Source: Chromatiales bacterium (GTDB lineage Bacteria; Pseudomonadota; Gammaproteobacteria; Steroidobacterales; GCA-2729495). Taken from it: 64,000 bases of DNA. A model generated the notes under the pieces. It saw nothing but the letters and a program-made list of their open reading frames with translations. It was not told where the DNA came from and searched no databases. The stretch covers positions 98 to 64,097 of the forward strand of contig JAEUPZ010000027.1 in the NCBI GenBank assembly GCA_016789885.1, read 5' to 3'. This document shows, piece by piece, positions 1 to 8,146 of the stretch (position 1 is its first letter; each line of letters starts with the position of its first letter). Position numbers and translations under genes: made by a program.

Positions 1-196
1 CTCCGGCACCGCTTGCCCTTGATCTTCCCTATAAAGGACCAAGGCGCGCTGACTTGCCCGCCGGCCCCCGACAATCGGTCCGCGCCGCAGGGGCGCAGCG
101 ATTGCATCTGGCGAGCGTCCGCGAGCCACGGTGCATATCGCGGGAGCCCCGGAGGCGCGGCTGCCAGTCCGCAACGCTACGCGCGCGCCGCCCTGC

Positions 197-2260
197 CTAC
201 TCCGACCGGTACGACACCTCGAAGAACAGCTCCCGGTCCCGCCCCGGAAAATACCGGTAGTCCCCGAAGGCAAAGTCCGCCCGGTCCGCATAGCGCTCGT
301 CCAGCGCATTGTTCAGCCGCAGCGTCACCGACCACGCGTCCGTGGCCCGCCAGCTGCCGCGCAGGTTCAGCAGGTCGTGCCCGGGGTAGTCCACGGATTC
401 CTCGGCCGTCAGGAAATACCGCCCCTGGTGCAGCCACTCCGCCTCGGCGAGCCAGCGGTCGCCGCTCCAGCCCACCCGCGCGCTGCCCAGCGTCCGGGGC
501 GCCGTGTCGATGTCATTGCCGCTGGTGATGACCTCGCCGCCCGGGATGCGCGTCGTGAAGTCGTACACCTGCCGCGCCCAGGTGCCGGCCACGGCGGCAT
601 AGAGGCCGTTGCCGGCCTGCAGGAGCAGGTCGAGCTCGATGCCTGCGTGGTCGCTGCGGCCGTCGCTCACGTTGAAGCGGTTCGAGTCCTGCAGGATGTA
701 GTTCCGCTTCTCCATCGCGAACGCGGCGATGCCGAGCCGTGCCCAGGACGACTGGTACCGCCAGCCGAGCTCGGCACTGTCGATGGTCTCGGAGTCGAGG
801 TCGGCCACGCCCTGGCGGGACTGCAGCCGGTAGAGCTCCGCCGCCTGGGGAGCGCGGAATCCCCGGGTCAGCGTCAGGTAGGCCGAGCTCCGCTCCGACA
901 GCCGGTACAGCAGCCCCACGTTCGGTGCCAGGTTCAGGAACCCGTCGCTGCGGTCGGCCGGCCGGTTGAACAGGCACGCGGGCGTGCAGGGGGTGCCGTC
1001 GGCCCGCGTGTTGCCGGCGATCATGCGGTTGTCGTAGTCGTAGAGCAGGTACTCGAGGCGCACCCCGCCGGACAGTTCCCACTGCGGCGTCAGGGTCCAG
1101 TTCGCCTGCAGGTAGGTGGCCGCCAGGTACTGGTGCGCACTGTAGTCGTAGTGCAGGCCCGGAGGGCGCGGCGGCGTGCCCGTCTCCGGCTGCGACTGGA
1201 ACTCCTCGAGAAAGCCGCGGGCTACCTCGAGGTCGAGGCCGCCGGTCAGCCGCAGCGCGCCCGCGTCGCGGTACCGGGTCAGCGTAAGGGCCGCGCTCTC
1301 CTGGCCGTTGTCCTCGGTGGGCTGGCCCGGCAGGAAGTGCTGCAGGAAATCCATCCGCGAGCGGCGCAGCGTCGCCACGGCATTCCAGCCGGCGGCCGAC
1401 GTGTTGTCCGCCGGCGTGAAGCGCGCGTAGACCCGCTGGCTGTTGGCGTCCCGGTAAGACTCCGGGTTGGGGTTCGTCGTGCGCAGCGCGTCGTCGCGGT
1501 AGGCGTCCTCGCCGATGACGAAGCCCGCCGTCTCCTGGTCGAGGCCCGTGCCGCTGAAGGCGAACTCCAGGTCGCCGGTGGCGATGCGCTTCCGGTACTT
1601 GGCAAAGCCCTTGACCTGCCGGTACCCCGAGTCGTCGCGAAAGCCGCCGTCATGGTCGTAGACGAGCCCCGCCACCACGGCGTCGTCGCCGGGGCCGCTG
1701 TCCCAGCGCAGCCGGGCCCGGTAGAAGTCGTTGGGCCCCACCTGGCCGCTGGCGAGCCAGCCCGGCTGGGCGCCCGGCGTCGGCAGCAGGACGTTGATGG
1801 TGCCGTGGACGGCGTTGGAGCCGTACAGCGCGTTGGCCGGGCCGCGGATCACCTCGATGGCGTCGGCCTGTTCCGCCGGCACCTCGAACAGCTCGTTGAC
1901 GTTGCAGAACCCGGCGGGGCGCAGCGCCACGCTGTCCTCGAGGAACAGGAAGCTGCCGCAGGAGCCGGGCCCCGTGAGCACCGGCGAGCGGATGGCGGTC
2001 AGGTGCTCCTGGCCGCTGCCGCGGCTGAGCCAGGTGCCGGGCAGCTGCGTGCCGAGTTCGTAGACGTGGGCGGCGTTGAGCAGGTCGATGCGGTCCGGGC
2101 CGATGCGGCTGGTGTTGCCGGCGACGTCGAGGGAGGGGTCGGGAAACCCGGTGGCCGTGACGATGACCTCGTCGGGCAGGGCGCCAAAGGCCGGTGCGGC
2201 GGCGAGCAGGCCAGCGAGCCAGGCGGCCGGGAGGCGGGGGGCGTCGATAGGCAGGCGCAT
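197..2260 (-). CDS. TonB-dependent outer-membrane receptor
   Basis: 687-aa ORF with a signal peptide. Plug-domain motifs are present (DEVIVTATG, IEVIRGPANALYGSNAVHGTINV), followed by a long beta-barrel region. Confidence 0.9.
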   Translation of the reverse strand: MRLPIDAPRLPAAWLAGLLAAAPAFGALPDEVIVTATGFPDPSLDVAGNTSRIGPDRIDLLNAAHVYELGTQLPGTWLSRGSGQEHLTAIRSPVLTGPGSCGSFLFLEDSVALRPAGFCNVNELFEVPAEQADAIEVIRGPANALYGSNAVHGTINVLLPTPGAQPGWLASGQVGPNDFYRARLRWDSGPGDDAVVAGLVYDHDGGFRDDSGYRQVKGFAKYRKRIATGDLEFAFSGTGLDQETAGFVIGEDAYRDDALRTTNPNPESYRDANSQRVYARFTPADNTSAAGWNAVATLRRSRMDFLQHFLPGQPTEDNGQESAALTLTRYRDAGALRLTGGLDLEVARGFLEEFQSQPETGTPPRPPGLHYDYSAHQYLAATYLQANWTLTPQWELSGGVRLEYLLYDYDNRMIAGNTRADGTPCTPACLFNRPADRSDGFLNLAPNVGLLYRLSERSSAYLTLTRGFRAPQAAELYRLQSRQGVADLDSETIDSAELGWRYQSSWARLGIAAFAMEKRNYILQDSNRFNVSDGRSDHAGIELDLLLQAGNGLYAAVAGTWARQVYDFTTRIPGGEVITSGNDIDTAPRTLGSARVGWSGDRWLAEAEWLHQGRYFLTAEESVDYPGHDLLNLRGSWRATDAWSVTLRLNNALDERYADRADFAFGDYRYFPGRDRELFFEVSYRSE

Positions 2261-2286
2261 CGGCAGGGCGGCCGGTGTCGCCGGGC

Positions 2287-2535
2287 TCAGCGCTCGATGC
2301 GCTCGAAGACCAGGTTCGGCAGGTCGCCGATGCGGCTGTAGGGGTGGCGCCGCGACATTTCGGCCAGCGCCTCGTCGCGCTCCCGGGCGGTGGCGTACCA
2401 GTGGGTCTTGGCCCAGCCCTGGTCGAGCAGGTGCTGCAGCGGGTCGCGGCGCGGGAGCCGCACGCGGATGCCGAAGCGCAGCTCGGACTCCGCTTGCGGC
2501 GGGTGCGTCAGGTTATGGACGTTCGAGAATTCCAT
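2287..2535 (-). CDS. small hypothetical protein (82 aa), co-oriented 26 nt upstream of the TonB-dependent receptor
   Basis: Only the last 82 codons (from MEFSNVHNL) of the 357-aa ORF are credible, because the rest is antisense to the OsmC gene. Composition is non-repetitive. Family not recognised. Confidence 0.45.
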   Translation of the reverse strand: MEFSNVHNLTHPPQAESELRFGIRVRLPRRDPLQHLLDQGWAKTHWYATARERDEALAEMSRRHPYSRIGDLPNLVFERIER

Positions 2536-2613
2536 GGGCGTGCATCCGGTCGGCGGGCCGTGATGATAATGACCGCCCCTGGCCCAGGCCAGCGTCCGCG
2601 AGGGGCCTGCCCG

Positions 2614-3084
2614 ATGACCGAACACCATGCCGCGATCCGCTGGGAGAACCCGGGAACCACGCTGGCGCACGACAGCTTCAGCCGCGACCACCGCTGGATC
2701 CTCAAGGATGGCCGGGTCACGGTGCCGGCGTCCGCGGCGCCTTCCTTCCGCGGCAGCGACGGTGCCGTCGATCCGGAAGAGGCCCTCGTGGCCGCGCTGG
2801 CCTCCTGCCACATGCTGACGTTCCTCGCCATCGCGGCGAAGCGCCGGCTCGTCGTCACCGGCTACGCGGACGACGCGGTCGGCGTCCTCGAGCCCGACGC
2901 CGCGGGGCGGCTGGCCATCACCCGGGTCACGCTGCGGCCGGTCGTGACCTTCGGGCCCGACAGCACGCCCGGGCCCGCCGAGCTCGCGAAGCTCCACGCC
3001 AAGGCCCACGAGCACTGCTTCATCGCGAACTCGGTGCGCGCCACCGTCGTCGTCGAGCCAGCGCCCGCAGCATCCGGCAGCTGA
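2614..3084 (+). CDS. OsmC/Ohr-family protein
   Basis: Internal ATG (MTEHHAAIRWEN) of ORF 2275..3084. It has an OsmC-like core with the conserved Cys context ALASCHMLTF and a second Cys at HEHCFIANS. Confidence 0.85.
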   Translation: MTEHHAAIRWENPGTTLAHDSFSRDHRWILKDGRVTVPASAAPSFRGSDGAVDPEEALVAALASCHMLTFLAIAAKRRLVVTGYADDAVGVLEPDAAGRLAITRVTLRPVVTFGPDSTPGPAELAKLHAKAHEHCFIANSVRATVVVEPAPAASGS

Positions 3085-3150
3085 CCGGCGGGCGGGGAGG
3101 GGCCGCCGGCCGACGACCGACCTGGGCGTTGGCGCAGGCCGGCGCGAGGC

Positions 3151-3189
3151 AAAAAAAAAGCGGCCCCTTACCTTTCGGCGCAGGGCCGC
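3151..3189 (-). terminator. intrinsic terminator (minus-strand reading: GCGGCCC stem, loop, GGGCCGC, T9)
   Basis: A9 run at 3151-3159 on the plus strand, followed by a 7-bp GC stem (3160-3166 / 3183-3189). It lies downstream of the minus-strand SYLF gene in a convergent gap. Confidence 0.5.
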
Positions 3190-3313
3190 AATGCGGAGGA
3201 ACCGTGAGCCGGTGCCGGTCGCCGCGGGTTCTATGCCCGTCGGGTCAGCCGGCGCCGTCGGCGCGATTCCCTGGCGCTGCCGCAGGCCTGGCCGGGCCAG
3301 CCCTGCGGCCGCC

Positions 3314-4129
3314 TCAGAAGAGGGTCTCCGGCGCCGGCTTGCCGCCGGGCGCCGCGTCATCGACGGCGTAGGTGCGGGTGCCGGGGGCCGGCGGCGGCGC
3401 CTCGGCGGCCTGGGTCGGGGCCGTCGCGTTCCACTGCAGCTTCGGCGCCATGGCCGTCAGCGTCTCGATGAACGGCCGCGCGCTGGCCGGGGTCGGGATG
3501 CCGTCGTCGTTGAGGATGCGCGTGGCCGTGCCGCTGGCCGAGCCGTCGTAGAAGAGGGCGTTGGCCTTGTGGTCCATCGTGATGGCGCCGCCGTCGAGGG
3601 AGATGCCGGCGAACAGGCCGCGGCTCCGGGCGTAGGTGTAGATCTCGGCCTTGAACTGGCCGTCGGTGGCCGCCACGGCGGTGCGGCCGACGGGGCCGGC
3701 CGACGCGGCGGCGGAGCCGCCCAGCGTGAACTTGCCGCTGGCGATCTCTTCGACGCCCTTGCGGCTCTTGAAGACGAGGATCAGGTCGGAGCCCTGGGCG
3801 CCCGCCTGGAAGCCCACGCCCAGGCCGCTCAGGGTCACGAAGGCGGGGTTGCTCCAGCGGCCGTCGGGGCGCCTGGTCACCAGTACGCCGCGGCCGTAGC
3901 TGCCGCCGACGATGAAGCCGGCCTTGACCACGCTGGGAATGACGGCGATCGCGTAGGCGCGGTCGAGCAGCGCCGAGGGGATGGCCTGCTCGGGGATGCG
4001 GTTCAGTTCCTGCAGGACTTCATTGGCGGCTGCGACCCGCGCGTCGAGCTTCTGGGTCGCCGCGGCCGCGGGTGCCGCCAGGGGCAGGGCGACGATCAGG
4101 GTTGCCGCGATCCTCGAGAGCTTGTGCAT
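3314..4129 (-). CDS. SYLF/Ysc84-like (DUF500) lipid-binding domain protein, secreted
   Basis: Start at MHKLSRIAATLIVALPLAAPAAAA (signal peptide) with GGAGGA 7 nt upstream. SYLF-type core: AIAVIPSVVKAGFIVGGSYGRGVL ... GLFAGISLDGG. Confidence 0.85.
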   Translation of the reverse strand: MHKLSRIAATLIVALPLAAPAAAATQKLDARVAAANEVLQELNRIPEQAIPSALLDRAYAIAVIPSVVKAGFIVGGSYGRGVLVTRRPDGRWSNPAFVTLSGLGVGFQAGAQGSDLILVFKSRKGVEEIASGKFTLGGSAAASAGPVGRTAVAATDGQFKAEIYTYARSRGLFAGISLDGGAITMDHKANALFYDGSASGTATRILNDDGIPTPASARPFIETLTAMAPKLQWNATAPTQAAEAPPPAPGTRTYAVDDAAPGGKPAPETLF

Positions 4130-4341
4130 AACGTCCTCCGTGAAAAGGTTCCGCTGCCCGCAGCCTTCTTGGAGAGACCTTCCCGAGCGTCTGGCGCAGC
4201 CGGTCATGCCGGTCTGCACATTGGAGGTAATCTATCTCCGCTCAGGCACTTGTGCAAATTTCGTGAGGTCACGTCTCGCTGCGGACCCCGTGCCGCGGGG
4301 TTCAGAGAGGGTTCAGCGGCCGCCGCCACAGTGCTGCCATA

Positions 4342-4629
4342 ATGCCCTCGATGAATCCCGGAACCCTGTTGGCCGGCCTGCTCGCGCTCGGCTCGGTGCC
4401 GCCTGCGCCCGAGGCAGACCCGCCGCCGGCAGCGGTGGCCGCCGATCCGGCGAAGCCGGTCACCCTCGACGAGGCCGCCGCGCTGGTGCGCCAGAAGGTC
4501 GATGGCCGCGTGGTGCGCGCCGAGACCCGCGACGAGGGGGGCGAAGTGTTCTACGAGTTCCGGGTCGTTTCGGCCGACGGGCGCGTCCGCACGGTGCGCG
4601 TCGACGCGGCCACGGGCACCATCCGGTGA
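4342..4629 (+). CDS. PepSY-domain secreted protein
   Basis: 95 aa with a signal peptide. PepSY-like C-terminus: LDEAAALVRQKVDGRVVRAE...EVFYEFRVVSADGRVRTVRVDAATG. It sits directly upstream of a two-component system. Confidence 0.7.
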   Translation: MPSMNPGTLLAGLLALGSVPPAPEADPPPAAVAADPAKPVTLDEAAALVRQKVDGRVVRAETRDEGGEVFYEFRVVSADGRVRTVRVDAATGTIR

Positions 4630-4657
4630 GACACCGGATGCCGGGGCAGCTGCCGCC

Positions 4658-5362
4658 ATGCGCCTCCTGATCGTCGAAGACGACACCGCCCTGCGCCAGT
4701 CCCTGGCCGGCAGCCTGCGGGCGGCCGGCTTCACCGTCGACGAGGCGGCCACCGCCGCCGAGGCCGAGTACTTCGCCAGCGAGTATGCCGTCCAGGTGGC
4801 CATCATCGACCTCGGCCTGCCCGACCGGTCCGGCGTCGACCTGGTCCGGCGGCTGCGGGCCGCCGGCCGGCGGTTCCCCATTCTCGTGCTGACGGCCCGC
4901 GAGCACTGGCAGGACAAGGTGGCGGGGCTCAACGCCGGCGCCGACGACTACGTCGTCAAGCCGTGCCACCTCGACGAGCTCAAGGCCCGCATCAATGCGC
5001 TGCTGCGCCGGGCGGCCGGCCAGGCGGAGCCGGTGCTGCGCGCCGGGCCCGTGGCGGTCCACACCGACAGCCGCGAGGTGCGCGTCAGCGGCCGGCCGGT
5101 GCAGCTGACCGCCTTCGAGTACCGCCTGCTCGAGATGCTGGCCCTGCGGGCCGGGCGCATCGTCAGCAAGGCCGAGCTCACCGACCAGCTCTACGACCAG
5201 GACTTCGAGCGGGAGAGCAACGTCATCGAGGTGCTGGTCACCCGCCTGCGCAACAAGCTCGATCCCGACCGGTCCCTGAACCTCATCGAGACGGTGCGGG
5301 GCCAGGGCTACCGCATGCCGCGCCCCGATCCGGCAGGTCCGCCTGCCGACCCGGCTGCCTGA
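4658..5362 (+). CDS. phoP: OmpR-family response regulator, PhoP-like
   Basis: Starts MRLLIVEDD. Strings shared with E. coli PhoP as I recall it: DLGLPD, PILVLTARExWQDKV, AGADDYVxKP, LTAFEY, TVRGQGY. Confidence 0.8.
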   Translation: MRLLIVEDDTALRQSLAGSLRAAGFTVDEAATAAEAEYFASEYAVQVAIIDLGLPDRSGVDLVRRLRAAGRRFPILVLTAREHWQDKVAGLNAGADDYVVKPCHLDELKARINALLRRAAGQAEPVLRAGPVAVHTDSREVRVSGRPVQLTAFEYRLLEMLALRAGRIVSKAELTDQLYDQDFERESNVIEVLVTRLRNKLDPDRSLNLIETVRGQGYRMPRPDPAGPPADPAA

Positions 5363-5372
5363 GCGCATCCCC

Positions 5373-6746
5373 GTGGCGCCGGCCCGCGGCTCCCTCGTCC
5401 GCCGCCTGCTGCTGTCGACCGCCCTGATCCTCGTCGCGGCCTTCGCCGTGACCATCGCGCTGCTCGACGTCGTCTTCCGCCAGAGCGCCGAAGCGGCCCT
5501 CGTGGCCCAGCTCGAAACCCAGATCTACACGCTGATCGGGGCCGCCGAGCCGGACTACGCCGGCAACCTGACGGTGCCCGAGCGCTTCCTCGAGCCACCC
5601 CTGCGCAATCCCGGCTCCGGGCTCTACGCCGCGATCCTCGACGCCGCCGGGCTGCCCCTCTGGCGGTCCCCGTCGGCGGTCGGCATGGACCTCGGCACCG
5701 GCATCGTCCTCAAGGCCGGCGAGCAGACCACCTACCGGCGGCGGCTCGCCGACGGCAGTGACATCCTCGTGGTCGGCGTCGGCATCAGCTGGGAGCTGGG
5801 GCCGGCGGCGCTGCCGGCCTTCCAGGTCTTCGCAGCCTCCGACCTGGCGGCGACCCGCGCCCAGGTGGCGAGCTTCCGCCGGCAGCTGCTCGGCTGGTTC
5901 ACCGGCGTCATGCTGGTGCTGCTGGCGCTGCTGTGGTTCGCGCTGCGGGCCGGGCTGGCGCCGCTGCGGCGGATGGCCGACGAGATCCGGGCCGTCGAGG
6001 CCGGCGAGCACCAGGCGCTGGGAGAGCAGTATCCGCCGGAGCTCGAAGGCGTGGCCCGCGGCCTCAACACCCTGCTGGCCTCGGAGCGGCAGCGCATGCA
6101 GCGCTACCGCACCACCATGGATGACCTGGCCCACAGCCTGAAGACCCCGCTGGCGGTCGCCCGCGCAGAGCTCGAGGGGGGCAGCCCGGATGCGGCTGTG
6201 CTCGGCGAGCAGGTCGCCCGCATGCAGGGCGTCGTCGACTACCAGCTGCGCCGGGCCGCCGCCAGCGGCCCCCGCAGCCTCGCCGCGAAGCCCGTGCCGC
6301 TGCAGCCCATCGCGGCCGAGGTGGCGGCGAGCCTGCGCAAGATCCACCGCGAGAAGCCCGTGGACTTCAGCCTCGGCATCGACGAGGACCTGCGCTACGC
6401 GGCCGAGGCCGGCGACCTCTACGAGGTGATCGGCAACCTGCTGGACAACGCGTGGAAGTGGTGCCGTGGCCGCGTTAGGGTGACGGCCGCGACGGGCGAG
6501 CCCGACGGCTCAGGCCGGCGCTGGCTGACCCTCGTGGTCGGCGACGACGGTCCGGGGGTGCCGGCGGCCGAAGCGGCGACCGTGCTCGGGCGGGGCCGCC
6601 GTGCCGACGTGCGCGGCGACGTTCCCGGCCAGGGCATCGGCCTCGCGGTCGTCAGCGAGATCGTCGGGCTCTACGGCGGCAGCATCGTCATCGGCACCGA
6701 CGAACTCGGTGGCGCCGCCGTCGAAGTGAGGCTACCGGTAGCCTGA
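5373..6746 (+). CDS. phoQ: sensor histidine kinase, PhoQ-like
   Basis: GTG start 11 nt after the regulator. Two TM segments flank a periplasmic domain. H-box LAHSLKTPLA; N and G boxes NLLDNAWKW, DDGPGV, GQGIGLAV. Confidence 0.75.
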   Translation: MAPARGSLVRRLLLSTALILVAAFAVTIALLDVVFRQSAEAALVAQLETQIYTLIGAAEPDYAGNLTVPERFLEPPLRNPGSGLYAAILDAAGLPLWRSPSAVGMDLGTGIVLKAGEQTTYRRRLADGSDILVVGVGISWELGPAALPAFQVFAASDLAATRAQVASFRRQLLGWFTGVMLVLLALLWFALRAGLAPLRRMADEIRAVEAGEHQALGEQYPPELEGVARGLNTLLASERQRMQRYRTTMDDLAHSLKTPLAVARAELEGGSPDAAVLGEQVARMQGVVDYQLRRAAASGPRSLAAKPVPLQPIAAEVAASLRKIHREKPVDFSLGIDEDLRYAAEAGDLYEVIGNLLDNAWKWCRGRVRVTAATGEPDGSGRRWLTLVVGDDGPGVPAAEAATVLGRGRRADVRGDVPGQGIGLAVVSEIVGLYGGSIVIGTDELGGAAVEVRLPVA

Positions 6747-8111
6747 CCCGTCCCGCTGCGCGTCGTCGTACATGCGCAGCAGGAAGCTGCGCACGGCGGG
6801 CTCGGCGTCTTCGCGCGTCATGAGCCGCTGCTCCACCAGCAGCCTCGCCATGTCCTTCATCGAGCGCCGGCCGTCGATCAGGCCCATCAGGAAGGCGTAG
6901 ATGCGCGTCGACAGCGCCTGCTCCTGGAACGACGGCAGCAGCGGCACCGGCTGGGTGCCCGTCACCAGCCAGTCGGGCAGGGCGCGGTGGCGGGCCGGTG
7001 CCGGCACCTCACGCGCCTTCGTCGCGGCGATGGTGACGACGGTCTCGCGGCGGGCGTGGCGGCTCGCCGGCGAGCAGAGGTACGGCAGCTCGTCCTCGCG
7101 CACCTCCGGCTCGCCGAAGCCGGCGTCCATCACGAGGGACAGCACTTCCTCCAGCGAATAACGGGCCGTCGGGTCGGCCTGGCCGAAGGCCAGCGACCCG
7201 AAGATGACCCAGCGCCCGCCGGCCGGCAGCAGCCGGTTCATGCGGCCCGCCAGTGCCTGGAAGTCCTCGCCCACGATGTCGACGAGCCACGGCGTGACCA
7301 CCGCGCCGACACTGGCGCGCCGGAACGGCGGGCGCAGCGCGTCGCCGAGCACCAGCTGCAGGCCGGGACCCGCCGGCGCCGGCGCGCTCAGGGTGCGCAG
7401 CACGGCCTGGTCGGCGAGGCTGCGGGGGGCCAGCGGGAACTCCCAGAGCCCCACCGGCTCGCCCGCGACGATGCGCGACATCGCCAGCAGCAGCAGCGGG
7501 TTGAAGTCGAGGGCGATGGTCAGGACCGGCGCGAGCCGCGCGTGCAGGTCGTAGGCGAGCCGCCCCGCGCCGGCGCCGAGCACCAGCAGCGGGTAGGGCG
7601 CCTCGCCCCCGAGGGCGCCGGCCACCAGTTCGCAGGACGCGGCGTTCTCGGGATCACCCCAGCACCAGTCCCGGTGGATGTTGGCGAAATAGGTCGTCAG
7701 GCCCTGGTCGGGGGGCAGGCGCGTGCGCAGCGCCAGGTGGGTGGCCCAGGCGGCGCCACCGCGCTGCTCGACGCCGAGCGGTGCGAGCAGCTCCTGCAGC
7801 CGGCGGGCCTGGTCGGCGTGGGCCTGCTGGAGCAGCGACAGGCGCTCGCGGGCCAGCGGGCGCAACGTCGTGCCCGAGAGCGCGGCCTGCAGCCGGACTG
7901 CCTCGCGGGCGTGGGACTCGACGGCGAATTGCTGGCGGTTGCGCCACTCGCCCAGCGTCGACGCCGGGTCGGCAAACAGTGCCGGGATGTTCCCGACCAG
8001 GGGGAAGCGCGTGCCGCAGGGGCCGCAGGCCCAGCCGCCGCCGGCGAGCGCCGACAGGCCCTGGTCGCAGCGGGGGCAGGCGAGCAGTGGGCCAGGGTCC
8101 GGCGCGGGCAT
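6732..8111 (-). CDS. Zn-ribbon (Trm112-like) + class I SAM-methyltransferase + PqqD-like C-terminal domain protein
   Basis: Start MPAPDPGPLLACPRC; the upstream 121 codons of the ORF are Arg/Pro/Gly junk. Three elements are visible: CPRC...CGPCGTRFPLVGNIPALF, SAM motif I LLVLGAGAGRLAYDL, and the C-terminal LIDGRRSMKDMARLLVEQRLMTREDAEPAVRSFLLRMYDD. Confidence 0.7.
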   Translation of the reverse strand: MPAPDPGPLLACPRCDQGLSALAGGGWACGPCGTRFPLVGNIPALFADPASTLGEWRNRQQFAVESHAREAVRLQAALSGTTLRPLARERLSLLQQAHADQARRLQELLAPLGVEQRGGAAWATHLALRTRLPPDQGLTTYFANIHRDWCWGDPENAASCELVAGALGGEAPYPLLVLGAGAGRLAYDLHARLAPVLTIALDFNPLLLLAMSRIVAGEPVGLWEFPLAPRSLADQAVLRTLSAPAPAGPGLQLVLGDALRPPFRRASVGAVVTPWLVDIVGEDFQALAGRMNRLLPAGGRWVIFGSLAFGQADPTARYSLEEVLSLVMDAGFGEPEVREDELPYLCSPASRHARRETVVTIAATKAREVPAPARHRALPDWLVTGTQPVPLLPSFQEQALSTRIYAFLMGLIDGRRSMKDMARLLVEQRLMTREDAEPAVRSFLLRMYDDAQRDGSGYR

Positions 8112-8146
8112 GCCGGCATTATGCCGGACGCCCGCGCGGCCTTGGC

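Noticed and set aside
131-2341. Very long ORFs antisense to, or out of frame with, the called genes. Examples: 131..2341(+), 7781..10027(+), 10222..12348(+), 13762..16959(-), 21476..23794(-), 24691..27039(-), 38240..40465(-), 48965..52384(-), 55450..57693(-), 58833..61025(-).
   Set aside because: Their translations are dominated by Arg/Ala/Gly/Pro/Val/His runs with no recognisable motifs. Each overlaps a gene on the other strand or frame that has clear family signatures. Long spurious ORFs are expected at about 70% GC because stop codons are rare.
2536-3360. N-terminal 275 codons of the 357-aa ORF 2287..3360(-). The same applies to the N-terminal extensions of ORFs 6732..8474, 20684..22177, 32016..32960, 42667..44532, 49928..52534, 52248..54209 and 53819..55363.
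   Set aside because: The extensions overlap well-supported neighbouring genes or are low-complexity Arg/Pro/Gly sequence. In each case an internal start with a signal peptide, an RBS or translational coupling gives a protein of family-typical length.
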